Assembly (NCBI GenBank): GCA_050250895.1
Contig: JBFWNU010000003.1
Span: forward strand, 427,302-491,301
Length of the DNA stretch: 64,000 nt
Direction of reading: 5' to 3'
From: Vulcanimicrobiota bacterium
Lineage (GTDB): Bacteria > Vulcanimicrobiota > Xenobia > Xenobiales > JADMJV01
Shown here: positions 55,267-64,000 of the stretch, piece by piece
Numbering within the stretch: position 1 is the stretch's first letter
Layout: each line of letters begins with the position of its first letter
Program-made: the position numbers and the translations under genes
Notes under the pieces: model-generated
Database searches by the model: none
The model's input: the letters and a program-made list of their open reading frames with translations, nothing else
What the model was told of the DNA's origin: nothing

Positions 55267-57533
55267 GAACGACCTTGCTACTCATCTTACTAGCTCTTCC
55301 GGTCTGGCCCTCGCCGGTCGTGGTGGTCAACCCGTCCGACGATCTGGCGGCCGCCCTGGCCGGGGCTCCTCCGGGAGCCCGGGTCGAGGTTCGCGGAGGA
55401 ATTCACCCTGGCAACTTTCGCCTCGACCGTCCGGTGAGGCTGGTTGGTCTGGACCGGCCGGTGCTCGACGGGCAGGGGCATGGTACGGTGGTGCGGGTCA
55501 CGGCCTCCGACGTTACGGTGACAGGCTTCGTGGTGCGCGGCAGTGGCGACTCGCTGGATGCCGAGAATTCCGGCATCGCGGTCGAAGCGCCTCGGGCCAC
55601 CATTGAGGATAACCGACTCGAGGACACTCTTTTTGGAGTCTACTTACGCAAGGCTCCGGCCAGCCTGATTCGAGCCAATCGCATCACCAGCAAAGACCTG
55701 CCTTTGCCGCGCCGGGGGGATCCCATCCGCATCTGGTATAGCAACCGGGTACGGGTCGAAGACAACCTGGTCGAGCGCGGACGCGATGTGGTGTTGTGGT
55801 ATTCCGAGCATCTCGACGTGCATCGCAATTCGGTCAAGGACGGCCGCTACGGCCTGCACTTTATGTATTGCGACGACGCCCGGGTCGAGAGCAACATTCT
55901 GCGCAACAATTCGGTGGGAGCCTTCATGATGTATAGCCGCCGGGTCCAATTGCGCCGCAACCGGATCACTGGCAATCGCGGTCCCAGCGGCTACGGGGTA
56001 GGCCTCAAGGACATGGACGACGCGGTGTTAGAGGGCAATCTGCTGGCGGATAATCGCATCGGTGCTTCCCTCGATAACTCGCCTCGCGAAATCCGCAGTA
56101 CCGCCCTCTTTCGTCGCAACCTGTTTGCCTATAACGATGTCGGCGTCAAGCTGCTGCCCTCGGCTCGTCGCACCATGTATACCGAGAACAGCTTCCTCGA
56201 CAACCAGGAGCAAGTGCGTGTCGACGGTGGCGGCCGGCTTGAAGACAATTGCTGGGCTGTCGGCGGGCGCGGCAACTATTGGAGTGACTATCACGGCTTC
56301 GACCGCGACGGGGACGGTCTGGGTGATCTGCCCTATCGTTCCGAGAGGCTGTTCGAAGACCTGACTACAGCCCACCCCAGCTTGCGCCTGTTTCTGATGA
56401 GTCCGGCCAGCCAGGCCATCGATTTCGCGGCCAAAGCCTTTCCGGTGGTCAAGCCGGTCCCTAAACTGGCCGACGCCAGCCCGATGATGGAGCCGGTCTG
56501 GCCCGAGGTGCCGTCGGCGCAAGCCCAAGCGCCCGAGCGACTGGCTCTGGCCGGAGCCGGCCTGTTACTCAGCGGGCTGCTGCTCTCGGGCCTGGGGCGG
56601 CTCAACTTCAAGTTCTCGGTCGTCAGTGACGCGACGGCCCCGCGGGTCCGCCAGATGGTGGCGATGCGAGGGGTCACCATGCGGTTTGGCCCTACCCGCG
56701 TGCTGGACGAACTGACACTTTCCCTCGAGAGCGGGGCGTCGCTGGCCCTGTGGGGCATGAATGGCGCCGGCAAGACTACGGCCATCCGCTGTCTGCTCGG
56801 GCTCTACCGCTTCGGTGGCGAGATCGTGGTGGACGGCATCGAGGTCGCCCGGGACGGCCGCCTGGCTCGCGAACGTATCGGCTTCGTGCCTCAGGAGATC
56901 TCGTTCCACGATGATCTTTCGGTCACCGAGACGCTCGACTTCTACAGCTTGCTCAGACGAGCTCCTGAAGAACGCTCCGAAGCCTTGCTGCGGCGGGTGG
57001 GCCTGGGGGACCACCGCGACAAGTTGGTGCAGCACCTCTCGGGCGGTCTCAAACAGCGGTTGGCTCTGGCCGTGGCGCTCCTGTCGGACCCGCCTTTGCT
57101 GGTGCTCGACGAGCCTACGGCCAACCTGGACAGTGTGGCTCGCGAGGGGTTTCTCGAGTTGCTGCTCGAGTTCAAAGCGGCCGGCAAGACCCTGTTGTTC
57201 ACCTCGCATCGGCCCGAAGAGATCCAGACCCTGGCCGACCGAGTGGTGGTGCTCGAGGCGGGTCGAGTGCGAGCCGATGGTAGCCCCCGAGAAGTGGCCT
57301 ATCAGCTCGGCTGGGCCGTGGCTGTCAGGTTTCGCCTCGATGACCCAGAATCGGCTGCCCGTGTGCTCGAACAGGCCGGCTACAGGGTCTGCCCCGCGCG
57401 CCAGAGTCTGGTGGTCGAGGTGCCCTATCACGATAAGGCTCGCCTCTTGCAGCACCTGTATCAGGCCGGCCTGAGCTTTGGCGACTTCGAGCTCACTCCA
57501 CTGCTAGGAAGGAATCGCGACAATGTTCTTTGA
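55263..57533 (+). CDS. nosD: NosD-NosF fusion (beta-helix + TM helix + ABC ATPase)
   Basis: RYGLHFMY, GNYWSDY (NosD); TM helix; GMNGAGKT, LSGG, LVLDEPT (ABC); one continuous frame from ATG 55263. Confidence 0.88.
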   Translation: MRTTLLLILLALPVWPSPVVVVNPSDDLAAALAGAPPGARVEVRGGIHPGNFRLDRPVRLVGLDRPVLDGQGHGTVVRVTASDVTVTGFVVRGSGDSLDAENSGIAVEAPRATIEDNRLEDTLFGVYLRKAPASLIRANRITSKDLPLPRRGDPIRIWYSNRVRVEDNLVERGRDVVLWYSEHLDVHRNSVKDGRYGLHFMYCDDARVESNILRNNSVGAFMMYSRRVQLRRNRITGNRGPSGYGVGLKDMDDAVLEGNLLADNRIGASLDNSPREIRSTALFRRNLFAYNDVGVKLLPSARRTMYTENSFLDNQEQVRVDGGGRLEDNCWAVGGRGNYWSDYHGFDRDGDGLGDLPYRSERLFEDLTTAHPSLRLFLMSPASQAIDFAAKAFPVVKPVPKLADASPMMEPVWPEVPSAQAQAPERLALAGAGLLLSGLLLSGLGRLNFKFSVVSDATAPRVRQMVAMRGVTMRFGPTRVLDELTLSLESGASLALWGMNGAGKTTAIRCLLGLYRFGGEIVVDGIEVARDGRLARERIGFVPQEISFHDDLSVTETLDFYSLLRRAPEERSEALLRRVGLGDHRDKLVQHLSGGLKQRLALAVALLSDPPLLVLDEPTANLDSVAREGFLELLLEFKAAGKTLLFTSHRPEEIQTLADRVVVLEAGRVRADGSPREVAYQLGWAVAVRFRLDDPESAARVLEQAGYRVCPARQSLVVEVPYHDKARLLQHLYQAGLSFGDFELTPLLGRNRDNVL

Positions 57534-58359
57534 TGCACGACGGGTCGGAATTCTGGCCCAGAAAGAGCTGGTGGACGCGCACCGCAATCGCTGGTTCGTG
57601 CTCTATACCCTGGGATTTGCGCTGCTGTCGCTGGCTATGGCCTGGTTTGGCCTGTCAGGGCCGGCTGCTCTCGAGGTCTCGGGCTTCGGGCGAACGGCCG
57701 CCAGTATGGTCAACCTGGTGCTGTTGGTGGTCTCCTTGATGGGTCTTTGCCTGGGAGCGCTGAGCCTGGCCGGCGAACGAGAGCGAGGCACGTTGCTCTA
57801 TCTGCTGGCCCAACCGGTGGACCAGGGAGAGGTCGTGCTGGGCAAGTTTCTGGGGCTGGCGACGGCGCTGGCTTCGACGCTCGCCCTCGGCTTTGGAGTC
57901 AGCGGCCTGGTGCTGGCACTCGGGGGCGGAGCGGGCCAGTTGAGCCAATACTTGTGGTTGACCGGGCTTTCTTTGCTGCTGGCCCTGGCCACCCTCGGAC
58001 TCGGGTTTCTCATCTCGACGCTGGCTCGCAAAGCCTCGACAGCGGTGGGATTGGCCCTGTTTTTATGGCTGGCTCTGGTCTTCCTTAGCGACCTGGGCTT
58101 GATGGGGGCCACCATCGCCTTTCATCTGCGGCCGGAGGGGCTGTTTCTGGCCACCCTGCTCAACCCGCTTCAGGTCTTCAAGACCTCGGCCGTGCTGTCT
58201 CTGCGCGGGACGCTCGAGTTACTAGGTCCGGCCGGCGAGTACGCGGCCCGCCAGTTCGGGCAGGGACTACTGCCCGTTCTGGTCGCCGCCCTGGCAGCCT
58301 GGACCATCATTCCAATGACCTGCACCGGACTGGTGCTAAGAAAGAAGGGCGCTTTATGA
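57523..58359 (+). CDS. nosY: NosY ABC permease
   Basis: KELVDA.RNRW, GERERGTL.YLLAQP, LGKFLG, LNPLQVF. Confidence 0.88.
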   Translation: MFFDARRVGILAQKELVDAHRNRWFVLYTLGFALLSLAMAWFGLSGPAALEVSGFGRTAASMVNLVLLVVSLMGLCLGALSLAGERERGTLLYLLAQPVDQGEVVLGKFLGLATALASTLALGFGVSGLVLALGGGAGQLSQYLWLTGLSLLLALATLGLGFLISTLARKASTAVGLALFLWLALVFLSDLGLMGATIAFHLRPEGLFLATLLNPLQVFKTSAVLSLRGTLELLGPAGEYAARQFGQGLLPVLVAALAAWTIIPMTCTGLVLRKKGAL

Positions 58360-58787
58360 AACGCGCATTAGCAATGACTCTACTACTTGCCCTGGCGGCC
58401 TGCGGGGCCTCGGCGGGGCCTCCCGAAATCCGTTACGGGGAGGACGCCTGCCAGGAGTGCCAGATGACCATCGACCAGGCCCGCTATGCCGCCGCCTATA
58501 GGCTCGCCAATGGCGATACGCTACGTTTCGACGACCTGGGCGACATGCTGGTGCACCTGGCGAGCACCGGCCACCGACCGACCGAGCTCTGGGTCGGCAA
58601 CTATCAGCACGACGGTTGGCTGCGGGCCGAGAAGGCCAGCTTCGTTCGCTCGTCGGCCCTCGAGACGCCGATGGGTCACGGCCTCGTCGCTCTGCCCGAC
58701 CGGCAGGCCGCGGCCGCCCTGGCGGCCACCAAAGACGGACAAGTCTTGTCCTGGCAACAGCTTCAGGACCTAGGAGGAAAACTATGA
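58356..58787 (+). CDS. nosL: NosL copper chaperone lipoprotein
   Basis: Lipobox LAA|C; CQECQMTI, FDDLGDM, TPMGHGL. Confidence 0.9.
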   Translation: MKRALAMTLLLALAACGASAGPPEIRYGEDACQECQMTIDQARYAAAYRLANGDTLRFDDLGDMLVHLASTGHRPTELWVGNYQHDGWLRAEKASFVRSSALETPMGHGLVALPDRQAAAALAATKDGQVLSWQQLQDLGGKL

Positions 58788-59185
58788 AACGACTCATCCT
58801 ATTGGCCGTGGCCGCCCTGGCGGTCGGTTGTGGCCAACCTCAAACCCCTGCTACCGCTACCGCCCCCGCCAATAGCTCGGCCGCGGCCCCGTCAGCGGCT
58901 GCCATCGACCTCGACAAGGCTGCTCAGGATTACAAGCAGTCCTGTGCGGCCTGCCACGGGCAGGACGCCAAAGGAGTGCCCAACCTCGGTAAAGACCTGG
59001 TCGACAGCGAGTTTGTAGTCAAGACCTCTGATGACGACCTGGTGGCTTTCGTGAAGAAGGGGCGCGGGACCGACGACCCGGCCAATACGTCCGGGGTGGC
59101 CATGCCTCCCAAAGGCGGCAACCCGGCTTTGCAAGACACGCAGCTTCGGGGCATTGTGGCCTATCTGAGGTCGCTGCACCCATGA
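58784..59185 (+). CDS. Monoheme cytochrome c lipoprotein
   Basis: ATG 58784 with AGGAGG RBS; AVG|C lipobox; CAACH; MPPKGG. Confidence 0.9.
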   Translation: MKRLILLAVAALAVGCGQPQTPATATAPANSSAAAPSAAAIDLDKAAQDYKQSCAACHGQDAKGVPNLGKDLVDSEFVVKTSDDDLVAFVKKGRGTDDPANTSGVAMPPKGGNPALQDTQLRGIVAYLRSLHP

Positions 59186-59718
59186 TGTACGTTCAGATCG
59201 GCGCAAGTCCCGAGCACGACTTCGAGCAGCCCTTGGGGTTGCTGAGCGACTGCCATCGGCGTATCGAGCATTTTCTCGGGGTGCTGCTCAAGGTGGCTCG
59301 TGAGGCACCACCGGGCGAGACCCTGGCGGAACCGTTCCGCCGGGCGCTCGAGGTGGCCCTGACCTACTTTCGCGAGGCCGCTCCCAGACATACCCAGGAC
59401 GAAGAGGAATCGCTCTTCCCCCGGTTGCGCCGGGCAGGAGGGCAGCATCCAGCCCTGGATACCCTGGAGTCTGACCATCAAGAGGCCGAAGCCATGCACT
59501 ACCTGGTCGACGGCCTGGCTTCCCTCTGGCTGGACGCTGGGCGATTGCAGCTCGTCCAGCGGGCTTTGCTGGCGGCGACCTTGAGCAGGCTCGAACGACT
59601 CTATGCCGACCACATTCGACTGGAGGACGAGGGGTTGTTTCCCCTGGCCGCCGAGTTGCTCGATCCCGGTCAGTTGGCTGAAATCGGGCGCGAGATGGCT
59701 CAAAGACGCGGCCTCTGA
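59182..59718 (+). CDS. Hemerythrin-domain protein
   Basis: CHRRIE, HTQDEE, DHQEAE..H, HIRLED. Confidence 0.88.
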   Translation: MMYVQIGASPEHDFEQPLGLLSDCHRRIEHFLGVLLKVAREAPPGETLAEPFRRALEVALTYFREAAPRHTQDEEESLFPRLRRAGGQHPALDTLESDHQEAEAMHYLVDGLASLWLDAGRLQLVQRALLAATLSRLERLYADHIRLEDEGLFPLAAELLDPGQLAEIGREMAQRRGL

Positions 59719-59744
59719 GCCTCAGAGGGGACGGTCGGCCATGG

Positions 59745-60434
59745 ATGGAAGGACCCTCCATGGCGAATTTCGACGAGCTCAGGGACTTCCCGTTCTTTAG
59801 CGGCCTCGGTCGCGACGAACTGACCCACGTGCTGCCGGCCGTGCACCGTCGGCAGGTCGCCGCGGGCACTTTCCTGTTCCAGGCCGGTGACCCCCCGGTG
59901 GGGTTCTATCTGGTGGTCTCGGGCCGGGTGAAGGTGTTTCGCGAGTCGGCCGACGGGCAAGAGCAAGCTCTGGGCTTCTTCGGTCCAGGCGAGTCGTTTG
60001 CCGAGGCTGCCCTTTTTCAAGAGGGCTATCCAGCCTCGGCCATTACCCTCGACGACTCGGAACTGTTCCTGGTGCAGCGTGATACTTTTATCCGCCAACT
60101 AGGCGACAATCCCAGCCTGGCGCTGCGGGTGATCGTGACGCTATCGACCAAGCAGCGTCGACTGGTGCGGCTGCTCGAGGATCTCACCCTGCGCGACGCC
60201 CGGGGCCGCTTCTGTCACTATCTGGCCCAACTCCTCGACGACCATCCCCAGGCACCCGTCACGGTAGCCCTGCCCGTGGCCCAGGTCACCCTGGCCAGGC
60301 TGCTGGGCGTCACCGAAGAGACGCTCTCGCGCACCATCCGCAGTCTGCGCAAGGACGGCATCCTGGGAGCGGCCGAGAAGGGCCAGTTCGTGGTCGAAAA
60401 CGTCGAACAGCTGAAGAAGGCCTACTCGATCTGA
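59745..60434 (+). CDS. Crp/Fnr regulator, DNR/NnrR-like
   Basis: cNMP-like domain (GESFAE); recognition helix EETLSR; no N-terminal Cys cluster. Confidence 0.9.
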   Translation: MEGPSMANFDELRDFPFFSGLGRDELTHVLPAVHRRQVAAGTFLFQAGDPPVGFYLVVSGRVKVFRESADGQEQALGFFGPGESFAEAALFQEGYPASAITLDDSELFLVQRDTFIRQLGDNPSLALRVIVTLSTKQRRLVRLLEDLTLRDARGRFCHYLAQLLDDHPQAPVTVALPVAQVTLARLLGVTEETLSRTIRSLRKDGILGAAEKGQFVVENVEQLKKAYSI

Positions 60435-60448
60435 TTGAGATAGATCAA
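60435..60448 (+). promoter_or_regulatory. FNR/DNR box
   Basis: TTGAGATAGATCAA; predicted +1 equals ATG 60483; -10 is weak. Confidence 0.7.
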
Positions 60449-60482
60449 GGCCGGCCTCTCGTTTTCCTGGCTTCATGCAGGT

Positions 60483-61595
60483 ATGAAAGCTCTCTTTTCG
60501 GCCGGTTTCCGGCCCTTCTTCCTGGCCGCCGGTCTAACCGCGGCCGGCCTGGTTCCGGCCTGGCTGGCGGTGCTCTCCGGTCATCTGCCCGCGCCCGGCT
60601 ACTACGGCCCACTTTACTGGCACAGCCATGAGATGGTCTTCGGCTTCGGCACGGCGATGCTGGCCGGCTTCCTGCTCACCGCCGTCCCGAACTGGACCGG
60701 GGCCCGCCCGCTGCAGGGCTGGCCTTTGGTGCTGCTCGTCGCCGCCTGGGGGGCGGCCCGGTTGGGGCCGTTCTTTGGCAGTGGGATCGCCCTGGCCGTG
60801 GTCGACCTGGCCTTTCTGCCCATGCTGGGGGTGGCGGTGGCTCTGCCGGTGGTGCGCCAGGGCAATCCGCGAACCCTCATCTTTCTTCCGATCCTGGCAG
60901 CCCTCTGGCTGTGCGATCTGGGTCTTCATCTCGAGCTCTCGGGCCTCACCACGGCCGGCGGCCTGGTGGCCGTCCGGGCCGGGGTGGGCTTGTTCGTCTT
61001 GCTGATCGCAATCATCGGCGGGCGGGTTATCCCGTTCTTCACCCGGGCGGCCCTGCCGCAAGCGCCGGTAAAAAGCTGGCCGCTGGTCGAGGGGGTGGCC
61101 TTGGCCACGGCGGCCCTGGTGCCGGTGCTGCAGGTCTATCGACCCGACCCGGTCCTGGTGGTGGTCTGGGCGGCTCTAGCGGTGGCCGCCCACGGCGCGC
61201 GGCTGTGGGGCTGGTGGTCAAGACCGGTGGCCCGGCTGCCCTTGCTCTGGGTGCTCTTCACCGGCTATCTTTGGCTGCTGGTGGGCATCGGCTTGCAGGG
61301 TGCTCTGGCCGTGCAGGTGGTCAGCCCTGGCGCGGCCCTGCACGCCTTCACCGCCGGTGCTATGGGGGTGGTCGGGCTGGCCATTATGGCTCGGGCCTCG
61401 CTGGGCCATAGCGGTCGCGCCCTGGTGCCCAGTCGGGTCATCGTGTTGGCTTTCGTCCTCGCCAATGGGGCGGCCCTGGCTAGAGTGGGCGGCTGGTTGA
61501 ACCTGGCGGGAGCCCTGTGGACCGTGACGTTTCTACTGTTCGTGGCTGTCTACCTGCCCATCTGGTGCTCGCCCCGGGCCGACGGTAAAGCCTAG
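60483..61595 (+). CDS. nnrS: NnrS protein
   Basis: GFRPFFL, WHSHEMVFGF, GFLLTAVPNWTG, GGRVIPFFT, RASLGHSGR. Confidence 0.93.
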   Translation: MKALFSAGFRPFFLAAGLTAAGLVPAWLAVLSGHLPAPGYYGPLYWHSHEMVFGFGTAMLAGFLLTAVPNWTGARPLQGWPLVLLVAAWGAARLGPFFGSGIALAVVDLAFLPMLGVAVALPVVRQGNPRTLIFLPILAALWLCDLGLHLELSGLTTAGGLVAVRAGVGLFVLLIAIIGGRVIPFFTRAALPQAPVKSWPLVEGVALATAALVPVLQVYRPDPVLVVVWAALAVAAHGARLWGWWSRPVARLPLLWVLFTGYLWLLVGIGLQGALAVQVVSPGAALHAFTAGAMGVVGLAIMARASLGHSGRALVPSRVIVLAFVLANGAALARVGGWLNLAGALWTVTFLLFVAVYLPIWCSPRADGKA

Positions 61596-62167
61596 CCGTT
61601 AGGCTGCAGGCGCGCGGCAAAGCGCGTCTCGGCGAAGAAGCGGTTGAGCCAGCGACATTCCCAGTCGCGCAACGTCTCGAAGTGAAAGCCCGATTCGAAC
61701 TTTTTGTAGCCGACCTGGCGAGTCCACACGCAGGTGGCTCTGACCTGCAGCCGGGTTACCGACTGGGGATTGCTCAGTTTGAGGGTGACCTGTTGATGCA
61801 CGTCGAGGGGGGCTCCGTGGACCAGACGCGCGCCGGTTACCGAGACATCCTCGGGCTGGGCCGGGCCGAAAGGCGAGGCGATTTCGAGAGGGCACTCATG
61901 GCGCTCGCTCTTTCTGCGGTCGGCGCCGTGCGCCTTGAGCCGGGTGGTCAGGCTGGCCTCATAGACGCCGTCCTCGACTCCGTGAACTTCGATGGTGACC
62001 TTCAGGGCACCGAGCGGACCCTCGATCAACACCCGATGGCGACCGGGAGCAAGGGGGCGCAGCGAGCGAAAGGTCAGGCGGCCGTCGTTAAGTTCGATGG
62101 GTCGAATGGTCTGACGGACCAGCAACTTTTCGAGCTTCGAACAGACTTTCCAGAGCAATCGTTTCAC
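61592..62167 (-). CDS. PilZ-domain protein
   Basis: DRRKSER (RxxxR) and DVSVTGA (DxSxxG); CVW...GFHF. Confidence 0.8.
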   Translation of the reverse strand: MKRLLWKVCSKLEKLLVRQTIRPIELNDGRLTFRSLRPLAPGRHRVLIEGPLGALKVTIEVHGVEDGVYEASLTTRLKAHGADRRKSERHECPLEIASPFGPAQPEDVSVTGARLVHGAPLDVHQQVTLKLSNPQSVTRLQVRATCVWTRQVGYKKFESGFHFETLRDWECRWLNRFFAETRFAARLQPNG

Positions 62168-62229
62168 GATCTTAATATATTAACGAACCCTCAAAAAGAG
62201 CTGAAGCCGGTCAGGGCGAACGGGCCGAG

Positions 62230-63309
62230 ATGAAGGAAGAGATCCTGCGCCACTACGAGGCTTGTCGGCTCGATCTCGAGACGGTCAAGAGAGCCCTGGA
62301 GCACGATTTGCTAGCCCGCCTCAAAGAGGCCAGGTTGGACGTGAGCGGGATCATCGCCCGGGTCAAGAGCCTCGACAGCCTGCGCGGCAAATTGCAGCGT
62401 CCTGACCGAACCTACTCGCGTCTGGATCAGGTCCACGACCTGCTGGGGCTGCGGGTGGTGACCTACTTCGAGGATGGGGTCGAAGACGTGGCCGACGTCA
62501 TCGAGAAAAGCTATGAGGTTGACTGGCAGCACTCCATCGATAAAGGCCGCCAACTCGACCCGACCCAGTTCGGCTACCGGTCGCTTCACTACGTCTGTGC
62601 GTTCCCCCGCGCGCTCGCGGGCGGATTCGAAAATCTGCGCTTCGAGATTCAGGTGCGCTCGCTGCTGCAACATGCCTGGGCCCAGATGGAGCACGACCTG
62701 GGTTATAAGTCGAAAGAATCGATCCCCCTGGCTTTTCGCCGCCGCTTCTCGCGGCTGGCCGGGCTGCTCGAGATCGTAGACGAAGAGTTCGTCAGCCTGC
62801 GTCGCTCGCTGGAAGGCTACAGTCGCGAACTGCAAGAGGGGCTCGAGACGGTCAGCGTCGATAGCCTGTCGCTGACTTCGTTCATCCGCACCGACCGGAT
62901 GCGTGAGGTGGACCAGTTAGTGGCCGACTGGCTGGGAGTCGGTCTCTCGGAGCTGGTCTTCTATCCCGAATACCTGGTCCGCATGCTCAATTTCCTCGAG
63001 GTCAAAGACATCGGCCAGCTGTCTTGTGCCCTCGAGCGCTCGAAGGCATCGCTGGGGGCCGTGCTCGAGCCGTATTTCCGCTTTGCCGAGTCGGTCTGGG
63101 GTTTGAGTCGCCAGCAGATTCGCTCGGTCGAGCGAGGCTACAGCCTGTTGTTTCTGGGTCACTTGCTGTTGCTCGAAGAGTCGCGCCTCGAGATCGAGCG
63201 CATCGAGCGCCTGACCGCCTTCTATCGGACCCTTGATTATCCCGACAATCCCGAGGTGGCTCGCCAGGTGGCGTTGGGCTTGCTCGAGACCTTCTCGGGC
63301 TGGCCCTAG
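62230..63309 (+). CDS. RelA/SpoT-domain small alarmone synthetase with C-terminal extension
   Basis: RVKS..S, HDLLGLRV, GYRSLHY, EIQVRS..QHAWA..EHDLGYK. Confidence 0.9.
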   Translation: MKEEILRHYEACRLDLETVKRALEHDLLARLKEARLDVSGIIARVKSLDSLRGKLQRPDRTYSRLDQVHDLLGLRVVTYFEDGVEDVADVIEKSYEVDWQHSIDKGRQLDPTQFGYRSLHYVCAFPRALAGGFENLRFEIQVRSLLQHAWAQMEHDLGYKSKESIPLAFRRRFSRLAGLLEIVDEEFVSLRRSLEGYSRELQEGLETVSVDSLSLTSFIRTDRMREVDQLVADWLGVGLSELVFYPEYLVRMLNFLEVKDIGQLSCALERSKASLGAVLEPYFRFAESVWGLSRQQIRSVERGYSLLFLGHLLLLEESRLEIERIERLTAFYRTLDYPDNPEVARQVALGLLETFSGWP

Positions 63310-63716
63310 AGCCGGTCCTGCACCGACTCGAGGTAGCCAACCCAAAGGGGCAGAGATTTGTCGAGTTCCGCATAGAGGTCTTCCAGGCTGACGGTCTGGT
63401 AGCGTTGGACCAGCACGTTGCGCAGCGAAGCCATTTCGGCCAGGCCCCGAGCCACTTCGTCCGAGATCCAGCCAGCCTGTTGCAAGCAAAAAAACGAGCT
63501 GTAGTAATCGGTTGGGGGGGTCTTGGCCACGGCTTGCCCTACCTCGATGTTGATCTTGGCGGCGTGTTCGACCATCAGCTCCAGCAGGCGCTCGCCAGTG
63601 TGGTGATGGAGAAAGCTCGCCAAGAACCCAGGCCTGTCCACGTTCAAGACCTCCCGCAGTTTTGCCAGACATCCGGCCAAAGCGGCGAGGTTCTCGCTGA
63701 CTAAATCTTGATTCAA
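63306..63716 (-). CDS. HepT/DUF86 HEPN ribonuclease-like protein, catalytic His substituted
   Basis: ERLLELMVE, P.DYYSSF, MASLRNVLVQRY (RxxxxH to RxxxxQ); TTG 63716 with GGGAG RBS. Confidence 0.75.
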   Translation of the reverse strand: MNQDLVSENLAALAGCLAKLREVLNVDRPGFLASFLHHHTGERLLELMVEHAAKINIEVGQAVAKTPPTDYYSSFFCLQQAGWISDEVARGLAEMASLRNVLVQRYQTVSLEDLYAELDKSLPLWVGYLESVQDRL

Positions 63717-64000
63717 GACAAATCTCCCTCGCAAGGTCCGCTGGACGAAATCCCGATTTCGCTCCCTCCACAGGCCGCTATCCCAGCTTCGGGTCAGAGC
63801 CTCCAGTTGGAGGGAACGGAACAAGTTAGGACGCGCCTCGTAAAGCGGAATCCCACTCCGCGAGACCTCCTGCCACAGAGCGGGACTGGCCGTCCCCGGC
63901 CAAACTCGCGCGGCCAGGCCCGGGCCAGTCGCAAGAAGCCAGCACTCGACGGTGTATCCGGCATCACCGCCAGGTCGAGATCGGCCGGCCGGGGTGCTCC
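63717..64000 (-). pseudogene. MntA-like nucleotidyltransferase antitoxin, frameshifted and partial
   Basis: ADLDLAV in one frame; ASPALWQEVSRSGIPLYE in another frame that reads into the HEPN ORF. Confidence 0.6.

Noticed and set aside
1-64000. CRISPR array, rRNA or tRNA genes
   Set aside because: No repeat-spacer array or recognisable structural RNA seen by eye; a covariance-model scan would be needed to exclude tRNAs fully.

Overview
GC-rich bacterial window. The SLH-porin, lipoprotein and pilin styles suggest Eremiobacterota/Vulcanimicrobiota, which is inference only. 0-15 kb holds two convergent minor type IV pilin cassettes, a small secreted GF(N/D)PQP(E/D)PP-repeat protein and assorted single genes. 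15-34 kb is a mosaic accessory region: two close paralogs of a secreted beta-propeller, an Rrf2 operon, a FAD monooxygenase/radical SAM pair, IS and prophage remnants, MgtC, GT4, globin, a PLP decarboxylase and ClC. 35-61.6 kb is a nitrite-to-N2 denitrification island: NirK-cytochrome c fusion, an eNOR-type heme-copper NO reductase (GHSSQQIN motif) facing an uncharacterised cytochrome b/4Fe-4S/MvhD-like protein and SLH porin, clade II NosZ, a NosD-NosF fusion, NosY, NosL, a DNR-like regulator and two NnrS-like genes. Twelve FNR/DNR boxes from 20.2 to 60.4 kb have near-constant spacing to -10 elements, and several appear to drive leaderless mRNAs. The window ends with a small alarmone synthetase and a degenerate MNT-HEPN module. 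All calls come from motifs read by eye; no searches were run.
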